From NCBI GenBank assembly GCA_951406725.2, contig OX597839.1:10230001-10294000 (forward strand): 64,000 nt of DNA. Direction: 5' to 3'. How positions within the stretch are numbered: position 1 is the stretch's first letter; the number at the start of each line of letters is the position of its first letter. The position numbers and the translations under genes are program-made. Positions 12,047-24,640 of this stretch are shown piece by piece. This DNA comes from Octopus vulgaris (lineage: Eukaryota). Below the pieces are notes generated by a model. The model saw only the letters and a list, made by a program, of their open reading frames with translations, searched no databases and was not told where the DNA came from.

Positions 12047-12678
12047 ACACAATTGCAGAGACGAAGGTGTTTATAAGCTATTTAAAAACAAAGAAAAACC
12101 GTTTAGATTCACTTCAACATTTAATTTTAATTTGTAAAACTATTTTCGTCGCTTTCAAATCGCGACCTGTTCACTGAAAAAATTCCGAGCTGCATCTGTA
12201 TACGCGTGCGCGCGCGCACACACACATACATACATACACACACACAAAATTAAGAGGAATGACCACCAAAGTGGACTCCTATTATGCTAGATATAGATGT
12301 TAAATCGCTTAACCACGAAGAGTGTGTTCTCAAGAGCACATTAGGAGTCCACTTTGGTGGTCATTCCTTTTAATTTTGTATGTAATATAATTTTTAATCT
12401 TCGGATTTTTTAAATAAGCTAACCCACTGGTTTTAATTGATTAATATAAATTTCTACCCTCATTATTTAATACCAGACAAGCCACCCATAATTGGATACA
12501 ACTCACCCAACAAGAACTCACTACTTGAACAAAACTGGATACAACTCACCCAACAAGAACTCACTACTTGAACAAAACTTGACTTAAACAGGATTCGAAT
12601 AATCCTATCAGGTGGTGCTATTAAGTTAGACATGGCCTGGACCAATCTCTGGTCGAAACATATCTAAGTTTTATCTAA

Positions 12679-12736
<58 letters not shown>

Positions 12737-12739
12737 TAT

Positions 12740-12957
12740 ACATTCAAAATGTGACGCGTGTGTACCGTTGGCGATTTTTTTCCTCCGTCTTCCCTTCTTT
12801 GGATCTTTCCTTTTCCTATGTTTCTGACGAAGAGCTCCGCTCGAAACGTTAAACCCTCCTTCTTCCGTTCCTTCCTGAGCGTCCAAGAATACTATATTTG
12901 TTCCACGTCCTTGCGTTGTTGTGTTTTCTCTTTGTGTTTTCATGTTTGGATTAACCA
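12740..12957 (+). mobile_element. Minimal-HHR mini-element in (TA)n
   Basis: Flanked by (TA)n and carries the canonical-core HHR at 12820-12854. Confidence 0.75.
12820..12854 (+). ncRNA. Minimal type-I hammerhead ribozyme motif
   Basis: Stem I GTTT/AAAC, core CTGACGA, stem II GAGC-TCC-GCTC, GAAAC, and a palindromic AACGTT stem III with a GTT cleavage triplet. Confidence 0.65.
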
Positions 12958-12961
12958 TATA

Positions 12962-12997
<36 letters not shown>

Positions 12998-13129
12998 TGT
13001 ATGTATGTATGTATGTATGTATAATTCATAAATTTTGGGTTAAAAAACTCCTTTGGACCGAAAAAGTTGAAGGCCACAATGTCAGCCTTCGCCTTTTTCT
13101 ACCTAGAGGGGTATTTTAAACTCAATATA

Positions 13130-13335
13130 TGCACGCTGCCGGGCGAAATGCTTAGCGGTATATCGTTACGTTCTGAGTTCAAATTCCACCGAGGTCGACT
13201 TTGCCTTTCATCCTTTCGGGGTCGATAAATAAAGTACCAGTTACGCACTGGGGTCGATGTAATGGATTTGATCCCTTTGTCTGTCATTGTTTGTCCCCTC
13301 TATGTTTAGCCCCCTTGTGGGCAATAAAGAAATAA
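13130..13335 (+). mobile_element. SINE family B
   Basis: gccgggcgaaatgcttagcgg...gagttcaaattcc (B box)...gaggtcgactttgcctttcatcctttcggggtcgataaa..gtaccag core, with tail gccccttgtgggcaataaagaaata. Confidence 0.85.
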
Positions 13336-13834
13336 TTATTTATAGCTTTATCATCTGCTTCCAGATCCACTGCCCCTCCCCCATCCCCCGCCCGCTCCGA
13401 AAGAAATTATTTTTCCAAGTTTATAAATTCTTGTGACATATATTGTTGTATTTATGTGTGTTTGAAATCTGAATCCTTGTTAGAATTTGGAGAGAAGTGA
13501 AATTGTTGCTATTGATATAATTGGTAACGGGGTGTCGTGCCGGGTAGATGGAAGGGTCAATGAAGGAGAGGAAGGAGGTGAGTTGGGTAAGGCGGTAGTC
13601 AGGAAATACCCCTAGGTGGATCAATCACGTGTTGTTTAAACATTCTGCGAGGAAGAGAGAGAGAGAGAGAGAGAGTGAGAGAGAGAGTGAGAGAGAGAGC
13701 GGGTGGAGGGAAGTTGATTATGGCGTGGCCTTAAGAGGGATAAAACAATGTCACTGAACTATGTGATGTGGTGGACAATGATGAGGGGTGGGGCAGTAGG
13801 ATATAGAGTCTGCCTTGTTGTTTTACATCGCCGC

Positions 13835-14190
13835 CACCATCATCAATACCGTTCCACCTCCCCACTCCATCATCATCATCATCATCATCATCGTTATCAC
13901 CATTGTCATCACCATCATCGTTATCATCTTCATCATGGTCATCATGATGCTTCATGATCATCATCATCACACCATTATCATCATCGTCATGCTCCTCCTC
14001 CTCCTCCTCATCATCATCATCATCAACATCATCATCATCATCATCACCACCATCATCCTCATCATCATCATGATCATTATCACGATCATGATCATCACCA
14101 TCATTATCACCACCACCACCACCACCACCACCACCACCACACTCCTCCTCTTCCTCCTCCTCCTCATCATCATCATCATCAACGTCATCG
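13835..14190. repeat. (CAT)n/(CAC)n/(CTC)n array
   Basis: Seen directly. Confidence 0.9.
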
Positions 14191-14609
14191 TAAGTGATAA
14201 TGGCTTTTCCACATGACATCGTAGAGGTGGTTTGCAGAAATGACGAGTAAGCTCGGGGTAGCTGGGTGGCTAAAGGGTAGATGTCGGGTAAGAAATGTGT
14301 GGGTATCCATGCGACTGACGAATGAAATTAAAAGTCATTGTTGCTAATTTCCGTCTGTTATGTCTAAGTATTTAACAGATATGTCTATACAAGTGCCACA
14401 CTGTCATACACAGGCTATGGTGCTGCTGTTGTTGCTGTGGTAGTTGTTGTTGGTGTTGTTGTTGTTAGTTGTTGTGTTCTGTTGTTGTTATTGTTACACT
14501 TATTGTGTCGTTGTTCTTGTTGTTAGAGTCGTTAACTGTGTTGATGATATGGACGATATTATTGTCGCAGTTGTTACTATCAATGTTGCTGTTGTTGTTG
14601 CTGCTGTTA

Positions 14610-14699
<90 letters not shown>

Positions 14700-14820
14700 A
14701 CGTAGCAGCAGACGAAATACTGCTAAGCATTTCGCTCGAAGTGCTAACGTTTTTGCCAGCTGACCGCTTTCCAACTGTCTGTCTGTTTGTCTGTCTGTCT
14801 CTCTATCTATTATCTATCTG

Positions 14821-14874
<54 letters not shown>

Positions 14875-14876
<2 letters not shown>

Positions 14877-15095
14877 ATTTCTTTGCTGCCCACAAGGGGC
14901 TACACACAGAAGGGACAAACAAGGACAGACAAACAAATTAAATCGATTATATCGATCCCAGTGCGTAACTGGTACTTATTTAATCAACCCCGAAAGGATG
15001 ACAGGCAAAGTCGACCTCGGCGGAATTTGAACTCAGAACGTAGCGGCAGACGAAATACTGCTACGCATTTCGCCCGAAGTGCTAACGTTTCTGCC
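14875..15095 (-). mobile_element. SINE family B
   Basis: Near-complete reverse copy of the family B core and tail. Confidence 0.85.
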
Positions 15096-15334
15096 ATAAT
15101 TCGTCATCTCTTAAAACAGAACTCTATGTATATATGTACATGTGGATTCGTCCTTTTATTGGAGGTTTCCAAAAAAGACTTCTAATGTTGTTTCTTCACA
15201 CGGGCGTACTTCATACTGGGAGTTTATGGGTTTAAATTTACGAAGATATGAATGTAGTACTTGTATATAATGAATGGAGAATTTATGGAATATAGTTCCA
15301 TAAATCCCATCAATTTTGTTAAAAATGGAGGAGA

Positions 15335-15536
15335 CATCTTTTATTTGTTGCAGTCATTTGAGTGCAGGCATGCTGGAGCACCGCCTTCGTGGGTTTTAGT
15401 CGAGCAAATCGACCCCGGGAGTTATTTTCTAAGCCTTGTACTTATTCAGTCGCTCACTTTTGCCGAACAGCGAAGTTGTGGGGACATAACCAAGCCGACA
15501 TCGGTTGCCATGCGATGGCGGGGGGCAAACACAGAC

Positions 15537-15540
<4 letters not shown>
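15335..15540 (-). mobile_element. SINE family A, 3' half
   Basis: cagtcatttg...catgctggagcaccgcctt...gtcgagcaaatcgacccc...tttgccgaac. Confidence 0.8.
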
Positions 15541-15625
<85 letters not shown>

Positions 15626-15729
15626 TATGCATACATGTATATATAAATACACACATATACATACATGTATATATACATATATATACATGCATATATATAT
15701 ATATATATATATATATGGGTGTATAAGTG

Positions 15730-15773
<44 letters not shown>

Positions 15774-15794
15774 CACACACATATATATATAATA

Positions 15795-15831
<37 letters not shown>

Positions 15832-16114
15832 ATTCCAAGGAAATAAGCTCCTCTTATAGGTATTTAAAACATCCAATTTTCACTGGTTAACTCTTCAATA
15901 CTCAATGTATAATATTTAGTAGAAATATTAATGTGTGTATATACACAATATACAATAACAAAAGAGAAATGGAGAGTTCAAATTGACATATGTTAATTTA
16001 TTAATGTAATATTATATTAATATTATAATAATATAAAAATAAATGTAATTCCTACAGCTGTTTCGATTCAAACCCAAAAATCAACAACAAATTTATAGAA
16101 TTCATATTTAAAAC

Positions 16115-16790
16115 AGACGGGCAAAATACCTATTTCTTTACTACCCACAGAGGGGACAAACAGAGACAGACAAACAGATTAAATCGATTATATCGACCCC
16201 AGTGCGTAACTGGTCCTTAATTTATCGACCCCGAAAGGATGAAAGGCAAAGTCGACCTCGGCGGAATTTGAACTCAGAACGTAGCGGCAGACGAAATACC
16301 GCAAAGAATTTCGCCCGGCGTGCTAACGTTTCTGCCAGCTCGCCGCCTTTTTGTTTATATATTCTTTTCTACTCTAGGCACAAGGCCCGAAATTTTTGGG
16401 GGAGGGTGCCAGTCGATTTGATCGATCCCAGTGCGCAACTGGTACTTAATTTATCGACCCCGAAGGTATGAAAGGCAAAGTTGACCACGGTGGAATTTGA
16501 ATTCAGAACGTAAAGGCAGACGAAATACCACAAAGCATTTTGCCCTTAGTATTTTGTCCTTAGTATTTATGCGGATTTCAAATTTTTGCACAAGGACAGT
16601 AATATCAGGAGAAAGGGTTAAGTCGAATGCATCGATCCCATTACTCAACTGTGATTACTTTATCGACCCCGAAAGGATGAAAGGTAAAGTTCGACCTCGG
16701 AGGACTTTGAACCCAGAACGTGAAAACTGACAAAATGCCGTTAAGTATTTCGCTCGGCGTTCTAACGATTCAGTCGAAATTGCTGGCCTT
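16115..16790 (-). mobile_element. Three consecutive family B SINE copies of different ages, with different tails
   Basis: The core atcgaccccgaaaggatgaaagg recurs at about 16225, 16453 and 16662. Confidence 0.85.
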
Positions 16791-16796
16791 GTACCA

Positions 16797-16834
<38 letters not shown>

Positions 16835-16881
16835 CTATATATGTAGATAGATATGCATAAATACTTATATGTGTGTGCATT

Positions 16882-16937
<56 letters not shown>

Positions 16938-18167
16938 AACACGCTATAGAGGTAGATATCTGTCTATACACACACGCACACACACACACACACACACACA
17001 CCTAAGAAGATGATCTGAGAAAAGCAGTTAGAGTGTAGAATTACTGAGGTGATGTTTGATGAAAATACCAAGTCAGAAGTTGTTAACCTTTTTACTGTTT
17101 GAAGATTTCAAGAATGTGATAGTTATTATATAGGAATAGGGGAATGTCTGCTTGAAAAGAGAGAAAGAGAGAAAGAAAGAGAGAGAGAGAGAGAGAGAGG
17201 GGGTGGTGGAAAGAGGAGAGAGATATGCACATACATAGAGAGAGAGAGGGTGGAAGGGAGTGAGAGAAAGAGATGGAAACGAAGAGGGGAGAGAGAGAGA
17301 GAGAGAAAGAAAGAGAAGACAGAGAAAGCGTAAGAGGCAAGAGAGGCATGGGGATTGTAGGGGTGAGGGAGGGGAGCTGGAGAGATTGAAAGGTGTCGGT
17401 CGGAAGAGAAGGAATATATGGTTGAGGTACGGATGGAAGGGACACAGATGTAGCAGAGAGAAAAATTAAGGGAGAAGCAAAGACTGGGGTATTGTAGAGG
17501 GAGAGAGGAGAGGTAGAGACTTAGCATAAAGAGAAGGAGAGAGAGAGAGGTGGAGGGAGAGGGATTGAGAGAGAGAGAGAGAGAGAGAGGTGGAGGGAGA
17601 GGGATTGAGAGAGAGAGAGAGAGAGAGGTGGAAGGAGAGGGATTGAGAGAGAGAGAGGTGGAGGGAGAGGGATTGAGAGAGATTAGAGAGTTGAGAGTCT
17701 CAATTGGTGACAGGCAGCGTGAGAGGGAGAGAGACGAAGAGGAACAGACATAAAAGAGAGAGAGAGGGGGGAGTGAGGTAGAGAGAAAGAGAGAAAAGAA
17801 AGGAGAGGTAGACAGCAGAAATAGATATACAGATACAGAGAGAGAGGGGGAGAAAGAGAGATCGAAAAATGTGCGTTGAGGATAGGAGGGAGAATAAAGG
17901 AAGGCTAAGAGTGAAGAGGGAGAAGTGAGTGACAGGCATAGGTGAGAATTGAACGTGGGAACTTTAACTACAAGGGAAGATTTAGAACCGGATGTTAATT
18001 ATTCCTAAGAAAAAACAACAAAACAATTCTCTTGGAATGTCCAGGTTACCTCCTCATTTTGTGTCACAACAACCTGAGAAGAAACGCCATTAGAACGGAA
18101 TTTAACACCGTCCATGTGCCGGATCGTGCAGGAGACTGACCTGTGATACGTAAATATTGATTTCATG

Positions 18168-18370
18168 TTAAGGCGGCGAGCTGGCAGAAATGTTAGCACG
18201 CCGGGCGAAATGCGTAGCCGTATTTCGTCTGCCGTTACGTTCTGAGTTCAAATTCCGCTGAGGTCGACTTTGTCTTTCATATTTTCGGGGTCGATTAAAT
18301 AAGTACCAGTTACGCACTGGGGTCGATATAATCGACTTAATCCGTTTGTCTGTCCTTGTTTGTCCTCTCT
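18168..18370 (+). mobile_element. SINE family B
   Basis: Intact head AAGGCGGCGAGCTGGCAGAAATGTTAGC and core. Confidence 0.9.
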
Positions 18371-18379
18371 GTAAGTAAA

Positions 18380-18710
18380 GACAGACGAAATACCTATTTC
18401 TTTACTGCTCACAAGGGGCTAAACACAGAGGGGACAAACAAGGACAGACAAAGGGATTAAGTCGATTACATCGATCCCAGTGCGTAACTGGTACTTAATT
18501 TATCGACCCCGAAAGGTTAAAAGGCAAAGACGACCTCGGCGGAATTTGAACTCAGAACGTAACGGCTGACGAAATACCGCCAAACATTTCCGCCCGGCGT
18601 GCTAACGTTTCTGCCAGCTCGCCGCCCGGTTAACGATTCTGCCAATCCGCCGCCCGGTTAACGATTCTGCCAATCCGCCGCCCGGTTAACGATTCTGCCA
18701 GCTCATCAGC
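18380..18710 (-). mobile_element. SINE family B, inverted relative to 18168-18370, with a triplicated 28-bp head segment
   Basis: Reverse core. gttaacgattctgccaatccgccgcccg is repeated in 18629-18705. Confidence 0.85.
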
Positions 18711-19156
18711 TTCGTTGTCCACATTATATTGAGCGCTGTGTGTAGTTATCTCCCTTGTGCAACGTCAACGCATTGTTTTAACGTGCACGGAGCTTACTGC
18801 TTTATAGTTAGCAGATGTGGTTGCTCTTAAAACACTGTTAGTTCACTCCTGTGGAGGGCCTCTACTCAATTATTGCACTCCTCGCATGCGATCTTATCTC
18901 AACCAAATCGCCATAAAATAAAAAAAAAGTTTAAAAAACCCAGCAACAAAGAACAAAAACCTCTAAGGATCTACGAATGGATATCGCGTACCAGATATCA
19001 GATATCAGATAAACATGATAAAAAAACACAAAACAGAACAAAACAATACAAATGTTTCTCTTTTATGGGCTTTCATTAATTTCTTCCTTTTTTTTTTGTT
19101 TCCTTTCCTTTCTCTCTTTTATTCGTTTGGATACAGACATACATTCATACATAAAT

Positions 19157-19187
<31 letters not shown>

Positions 19188-19207
19188 TACATACATATAT
19201 ATATATC

Positions 19208-19243
<36 letters not shown>

Positions 19244-19326
19244 CATACTTGCATTCTTACATACAGACGTATATATATATATATATATAAATATAGTTAG
19301 CATATATATATAGTCATCTCCAAACC

Positions 19327-19395
<69 letters not shown>

Positions 19396-19519
19396 CCGAA
19401 ATTGCGAAGATGATCTGGTTCTTGACTGATGACTGAGGGCTTCGAATGTCCCGTCCTGTGGTTCTTGTGTCGTCTCTTTGGTGTTTCATGTTCTTGTCCA
19501 TGTCTGTATTTATTTTTAC

Positions 19520-19581
<62 letters not shown>

Positions 19582-20325
19582 TATATTTGCAGGGTGGGGA
19601 AGCAAAACTTGCATTAAATGTTGCAGTAATAGTTCACAGCAACCACCACAGCACCAAATGATATGAGACCAAATGCAGAACAAAGAATACATTGTCAGCT
19701 AATAATAAACTCATATTTTTTTCAGCAATATTGGAGAATATGACTGCGCAAGGAGACAAAAGCCAAAGAGTATGCGATTTGATCCGTTCAAGCATAGGCG
19801 CAGGAGTGGCTGTGTGGTAAGTAGCTTGCTTACCAACCACATGGCCCCGGGTTCACTCCCACTGCGTGGTGGTGGTTACGATTTGTTGGTTGTGGTTGCA
19901 ACCGAAGAAGAGAAAGAGTAATACACCCCCACCACCTCCACCACAAATGGTGCGCAACCTAGAGCATGCTCCCTCACTCAATCTCAGACACACAAAGAGA
20001 CACACACACACACAGACACATACGCTTACACATACATACATCCACACAGTGTCTCACACACAGTGTCACATGCACGCCCCTCACCGTCACCGAGGAAGAT
20101 AAATTCAGAGAGTGAGACAGACCACATCTATCTCTCTCTCTCTCGCATTCTCCCTCTCTCTCTCCCACATACAAAACACATTACAACAACTAAGCAAGAA
20201 CAATGCCATTATATTGTCACTATATTAGTGTCATTTCCCAAGCAGGTTGGGGCGTTGCCTTTCTTGGATGATCATAGACAGAGATTATGAATGGAACAGA
20301 CTATAAAATCTTCCTAAAAGGCCGA

Positions 20326-20395
<70 letters not shown>

Positions 20396-20515
20396 GTAAT
20401 CTTGTGCACAGTGTCATTTCTCTTACGGGCATGCAGAGGAAATAAGTCCTTCAGACAATATCTAGATACACCGATCTATAGACCACATTGTACACAGCCA
20501 ATACATACACACACA

Positions 20516-20567
<52 letters not shown>

Positions 20568-20584
20568 AATGTGTTTGTAAATAT

Positions 20585-21052
20585 TTTCTTTTTTTTATTT
20601 ATTTATGCGCCCCTTTTCAAGCCTAGCCAGGCTCATGGGCCGGGTTTCCCTGTTTCTATGGCGTATGTGTTCCCCACCCGCAGCTGGACGGGACGCCGGT
20701 CCGTCGCATCGTTACTCAAGAAACTGGAACAAAGAGTGAGAGAAAGTTGGGGCGAAAGAGTACAACAGGGACCGCCACCACCCCCTGCCGGAGCCTCGTG
20801 GTGCTTTCAGGTGTTTTCGTTCAATAAACACTCACAATCGAAACCTCACTCAATCGCAGACACACAAAGAGACACACACACACAGACACATACGCTTACA
20901 CATACATACATCCACACAGTATCTCACACACAGTGTCACATGCACTCTCCCCACCGTCACCGAGGGAGATAAATTCAGAGAGTGAGACAGACCACATCTG
21001 GGAATCGAAACCGCGATCCTCCGCCCTAACCACTGGGTCATTGCGCCTCCAC
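20585..21052 (-). mobile_element. SINE family C interrupted by a roughly 155-bp copy of 19973-20128
   Basis: Head at 20998-21052 and body at 20585-20836, separated by duplicated local sequence. Confidence 0.8.
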
Positions 21053-21119
21053 ATGGAAAGGAACAACGCAATTATTAATAAGAAGAGTTGAAATTAATAC
21101 ATGCAGGATTTCACATCTC

Positions 21120-21546
21120 GGATTTTTTCGGTTTGAACGGCAGTTTTTAAAAATAATTTCCACGTAACTAAACATTTTAAAACTTCGTATACTGGTAGAA
21201 TGTGTTTACAAAACATCTTTTTCTCTTGGCTTTATTGAGAAAATTCTATAGTTTGTAAGATATTTGTTGTTTTTCTTCTTCAATTTATGCAATTTCAACC
21301 AATCAATGACGTCTATTGAGGTAAAAAAAACCCATTCTGTGCCGTATGAATATGTCCCTCGTTTAAGAAACAGATTGGGTTTATTTACATTTCTGAAGAA
21401 AAAAAGATACCTTTCACCTAACCCTAACCCTAACCCTAACCCTAAAACAGATTGAAATGCAATAGATCGATACTAGGGTCATAATTATGGGTGACAATTT
21501 CATATGACACCACTAGAAAAAACTGCCGTTCAAACCGAAAAGATCC
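21120..21546 (+). mobile_element. GGATC-TIR MITE
   Basis: Full copy of the 7184 family, flanked by the 20-bp direct repeat catgcaggatttcacatctc. Confidence 0.9.
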
Positions 21547-22900
21547 CATGCAGGATTTCACATCTCTAGCATCACCTCTTCAAAGTCCACCTATGAACAT
21601 TTCAGCCCAACCTCGCTGTTAGACTTTAATAATATAGGCACAGAAAGACGAAGTTGGAAAGACAAAGATTTGAACTTGGAACGTTGATCTAAGCTGTAGA
21701 TTGACCCGAGATCGCAAAGAGTTTGTTCGGTGGGATGTAGGGTAAACTCCAGCGGGGCACATGTCACGTTGCCCTACATAGATTGTCCCTTGTTAGTTAG
21801 ATGGAATGTTGGATGTTGATGGGTGTTGAAAAAAAAAAAACAGCTTCAAGAACCCGTTGTGCAGCTAGAAGAAGGGGAGGGAAGAAAGGGAGAAAGGGTG
21901 AGAGAAAGAGGGAGACTGAGAAAAAGGAGAGAGGCAGGGAGAGGTAAGAACTGAGACAGAGAAAGAGGCAGAAAGAGAGACAGTGGGAGAAAGAGAGGGG
22001 AGTGAGAAATGAGAGAGACAGAATGAGGGAGAGAGAGGATATATGTGTGTGTTGTGTGTGTGTGTGTGTATGTGTGTGTGTATGTGTGTGTATGCGTGTG
22101 TGTGTGTGTGCATGTGGGGTTGTGTTCGTGTATGTGTCTGTGGGCGTGTGCGCCCATGTGTGGTATCTACAAATGTGTATGTGTGCGTGTTTGTGCGTGC
22201 GGGCGTATATATGTAAGTGTGTGCGTGTGCGTGCATGTGTATGAGCGTGTGTGGTGGATAGGTGCGTGTATGTATGTATGTGCGCGCGTGAGTATGTATG
22301 TGTAAATGTGTGAGTGTATGTGTATGTATGTGTGTGTATGTATGTGTGTGTGTGTATGTGTGTGTGTGTATGTGTGTGTGTGTATGTATGTGTGTGTATG
22401 TATGTGTGTGTATGTATGTGTGTGTATGTATGTGTGTGTATGTATGTGTGTGTGTGTCCATGTATGTGTGTGTATGTGTGTATGCATGTGTGTGTGTATG
22501 TGTGTTTGTATGTATATGTGTGTGTGTATGTGTATGCGTGAGCAGCTATAAGCTACATCTCTTTACTCCGTAGAAACCAGTGGTGAGATTGTTGCTGTTG
22601 TTGTTGTTGTGGGTGGTGGTGAGATAGCATAACTATTCTGTTTTTTTCATTTTTATTATTTTCTTTTTGTACTCCTCGCCAACTCCCCGAATAACTACGC
22701 ACCAACTCAGGTGGTCCACATACATTTACATACATACATTGATGTATATTATATATATATACATTCATACACACGCACACGCACACACACACATGCTTAC
22801 GCGCGCATTCTCCCTACTTCCTTTACATACACACTCTTAAAACACAAAGGTTGCAACAACATTATGTAAACCAATGCGCACGTATGTATATACCTACATA

Positions 22901-22960
<60 letters not shown>

Positions 22961-22977
22961 GTGTGTGTGTGTGTGTG

Positions 22978-23270
22978 TGTTGGAGGCGCAATGGCCCAGT
23001 GGTTAGGGCAGTGGACTCGCGGTCGTAGGGTCGCGGTTTCGATCCCCAGACCGGGCGTTGTGAGTGTTTATTGAGCGAAAACACCTAAAAGCTCCACGAG
23101 GCTCCGGCAGAGGGTGCTGGTGGTCCCTGCTGTACTCTTTGTCTTACTTTTTCTTCTTCTGTTGGCCTGCGCGCCTAGCCAGCGGGGTGGCGTCATTTGA
23201 AGGCTAAATCAATGCGAAGCGCATTGTGACCAGCGATGTATAGCAACATCTGATAGCCTGGTCGGTCACG

Positions 23271-23273
<3 letters not shown>
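22978..23273 (+). mobile_element. SINE family C with an alternative 3' tail
   Basis: Same head as 3998. The tail ggcgtcatttgaaggctaaa...acatctgatagcctggtc..gtgat is shared with 32172-32443. Confidence 0.85.
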
Positions 23274-23305
<32 letters not shown>

Positions 23306-24371
23306 TATATAATATATTATACAGGCCTGGCTGTGTGGTAAGAAACTTGCTTCCCACCCACATAGTTCTAGGTTCAGTACCACTGTATGGCACCTTGGGC
23401 AAGTACCTTTTACAAAAGTCTCAGGGCGAAGTGGATTTAGTAGACGGAAACTGAAAGAAGCCTGTCGTATGTGTGTGTGGTGGGGGAGCAAACACAAAGA
23501 CACACACACACGCACGCACACATATATGACTGGCTTGTTTCCGTCCATCAAATCCACTCACAAGGCTTTGGCCGACTGAAACTTTAGTAGAGGACACCCC
23601 AGGTACCACGCAATGGTACTGAACCTAGAACAATGTGGTTGGGAGGCAAGCTTCTACAAGATAAGTACGAAACGCTTCACGAATTTGCGTGGCCCCTCTA
23701 GCAGGGACCATGCTAATGTCTGTGTCGTTCGAATTTTAGTACATACATGCACACACAAAAACACATACACGCAACACACACACACACACACACAACACAC
23801 AAACACACGCACACACACACGTAAAGTAATTATATGTGTATCTATAACATTAATGTACTTAAAGAAGCAACTATATATATATCTGTATGCGTACATAAAT
23901 ACACACGCGCACACACGCATATATATATGAATATATATGTATGTATATATATATAAACACACACATATATAATTATATATGCATATATATATATGTGTGT
24001 ATGTATGTATGTGTATACATGTGTTGTGTATAGAGTGCATTTATTTCTCTCACAAACTTTCCTACTCTCTCTTCCTATGTATGTATGTATGTATGTATGT
24101 ATGTATGTATGTATGTATGTATGTATGTATGTATGTATGTATGTATGTATTTACGTACGCACGTACATACATATATACATAAATACATACATATATACAT
24201 ACTTACATGCATAAATATATATACACATATACGTTATGTATGCAAAGAATTAGATACCAATTTTGCTGAGATATTGACACCACCCAAAAATGCATTCCCT
24301 GGCGTAACGTCCAGTACACACACACACACACACACATTCTAACATATTCACAAAACTATAACGATAATATA

Positions 24372-24425
<54 letters not shown>

Positions 24426-24548
24426 TACTTAGGTATATGCATACACATATACACACAAACATGTATATATATTTATATATATATATCTATGTGTGTGTGT
24501 ATATATATATACATCCCAACACATCCACAAAACTATAATGATATGCTT

Positions 24549-24640
<92 letters not shown>

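Noticed and set aside
18600-18710. 28-bp direct repeats resembling a CRISPR array
   Set aside because: There are no spacers; it is a slippage triplication of a SINE head in eukaryotic DNA.
21415-21446. (CCCTAA)n telomeric repeats
   Set aside because: They are short, internal to the GGATC MITE and present in each copy, so this is not a chromosome end or fusion site.
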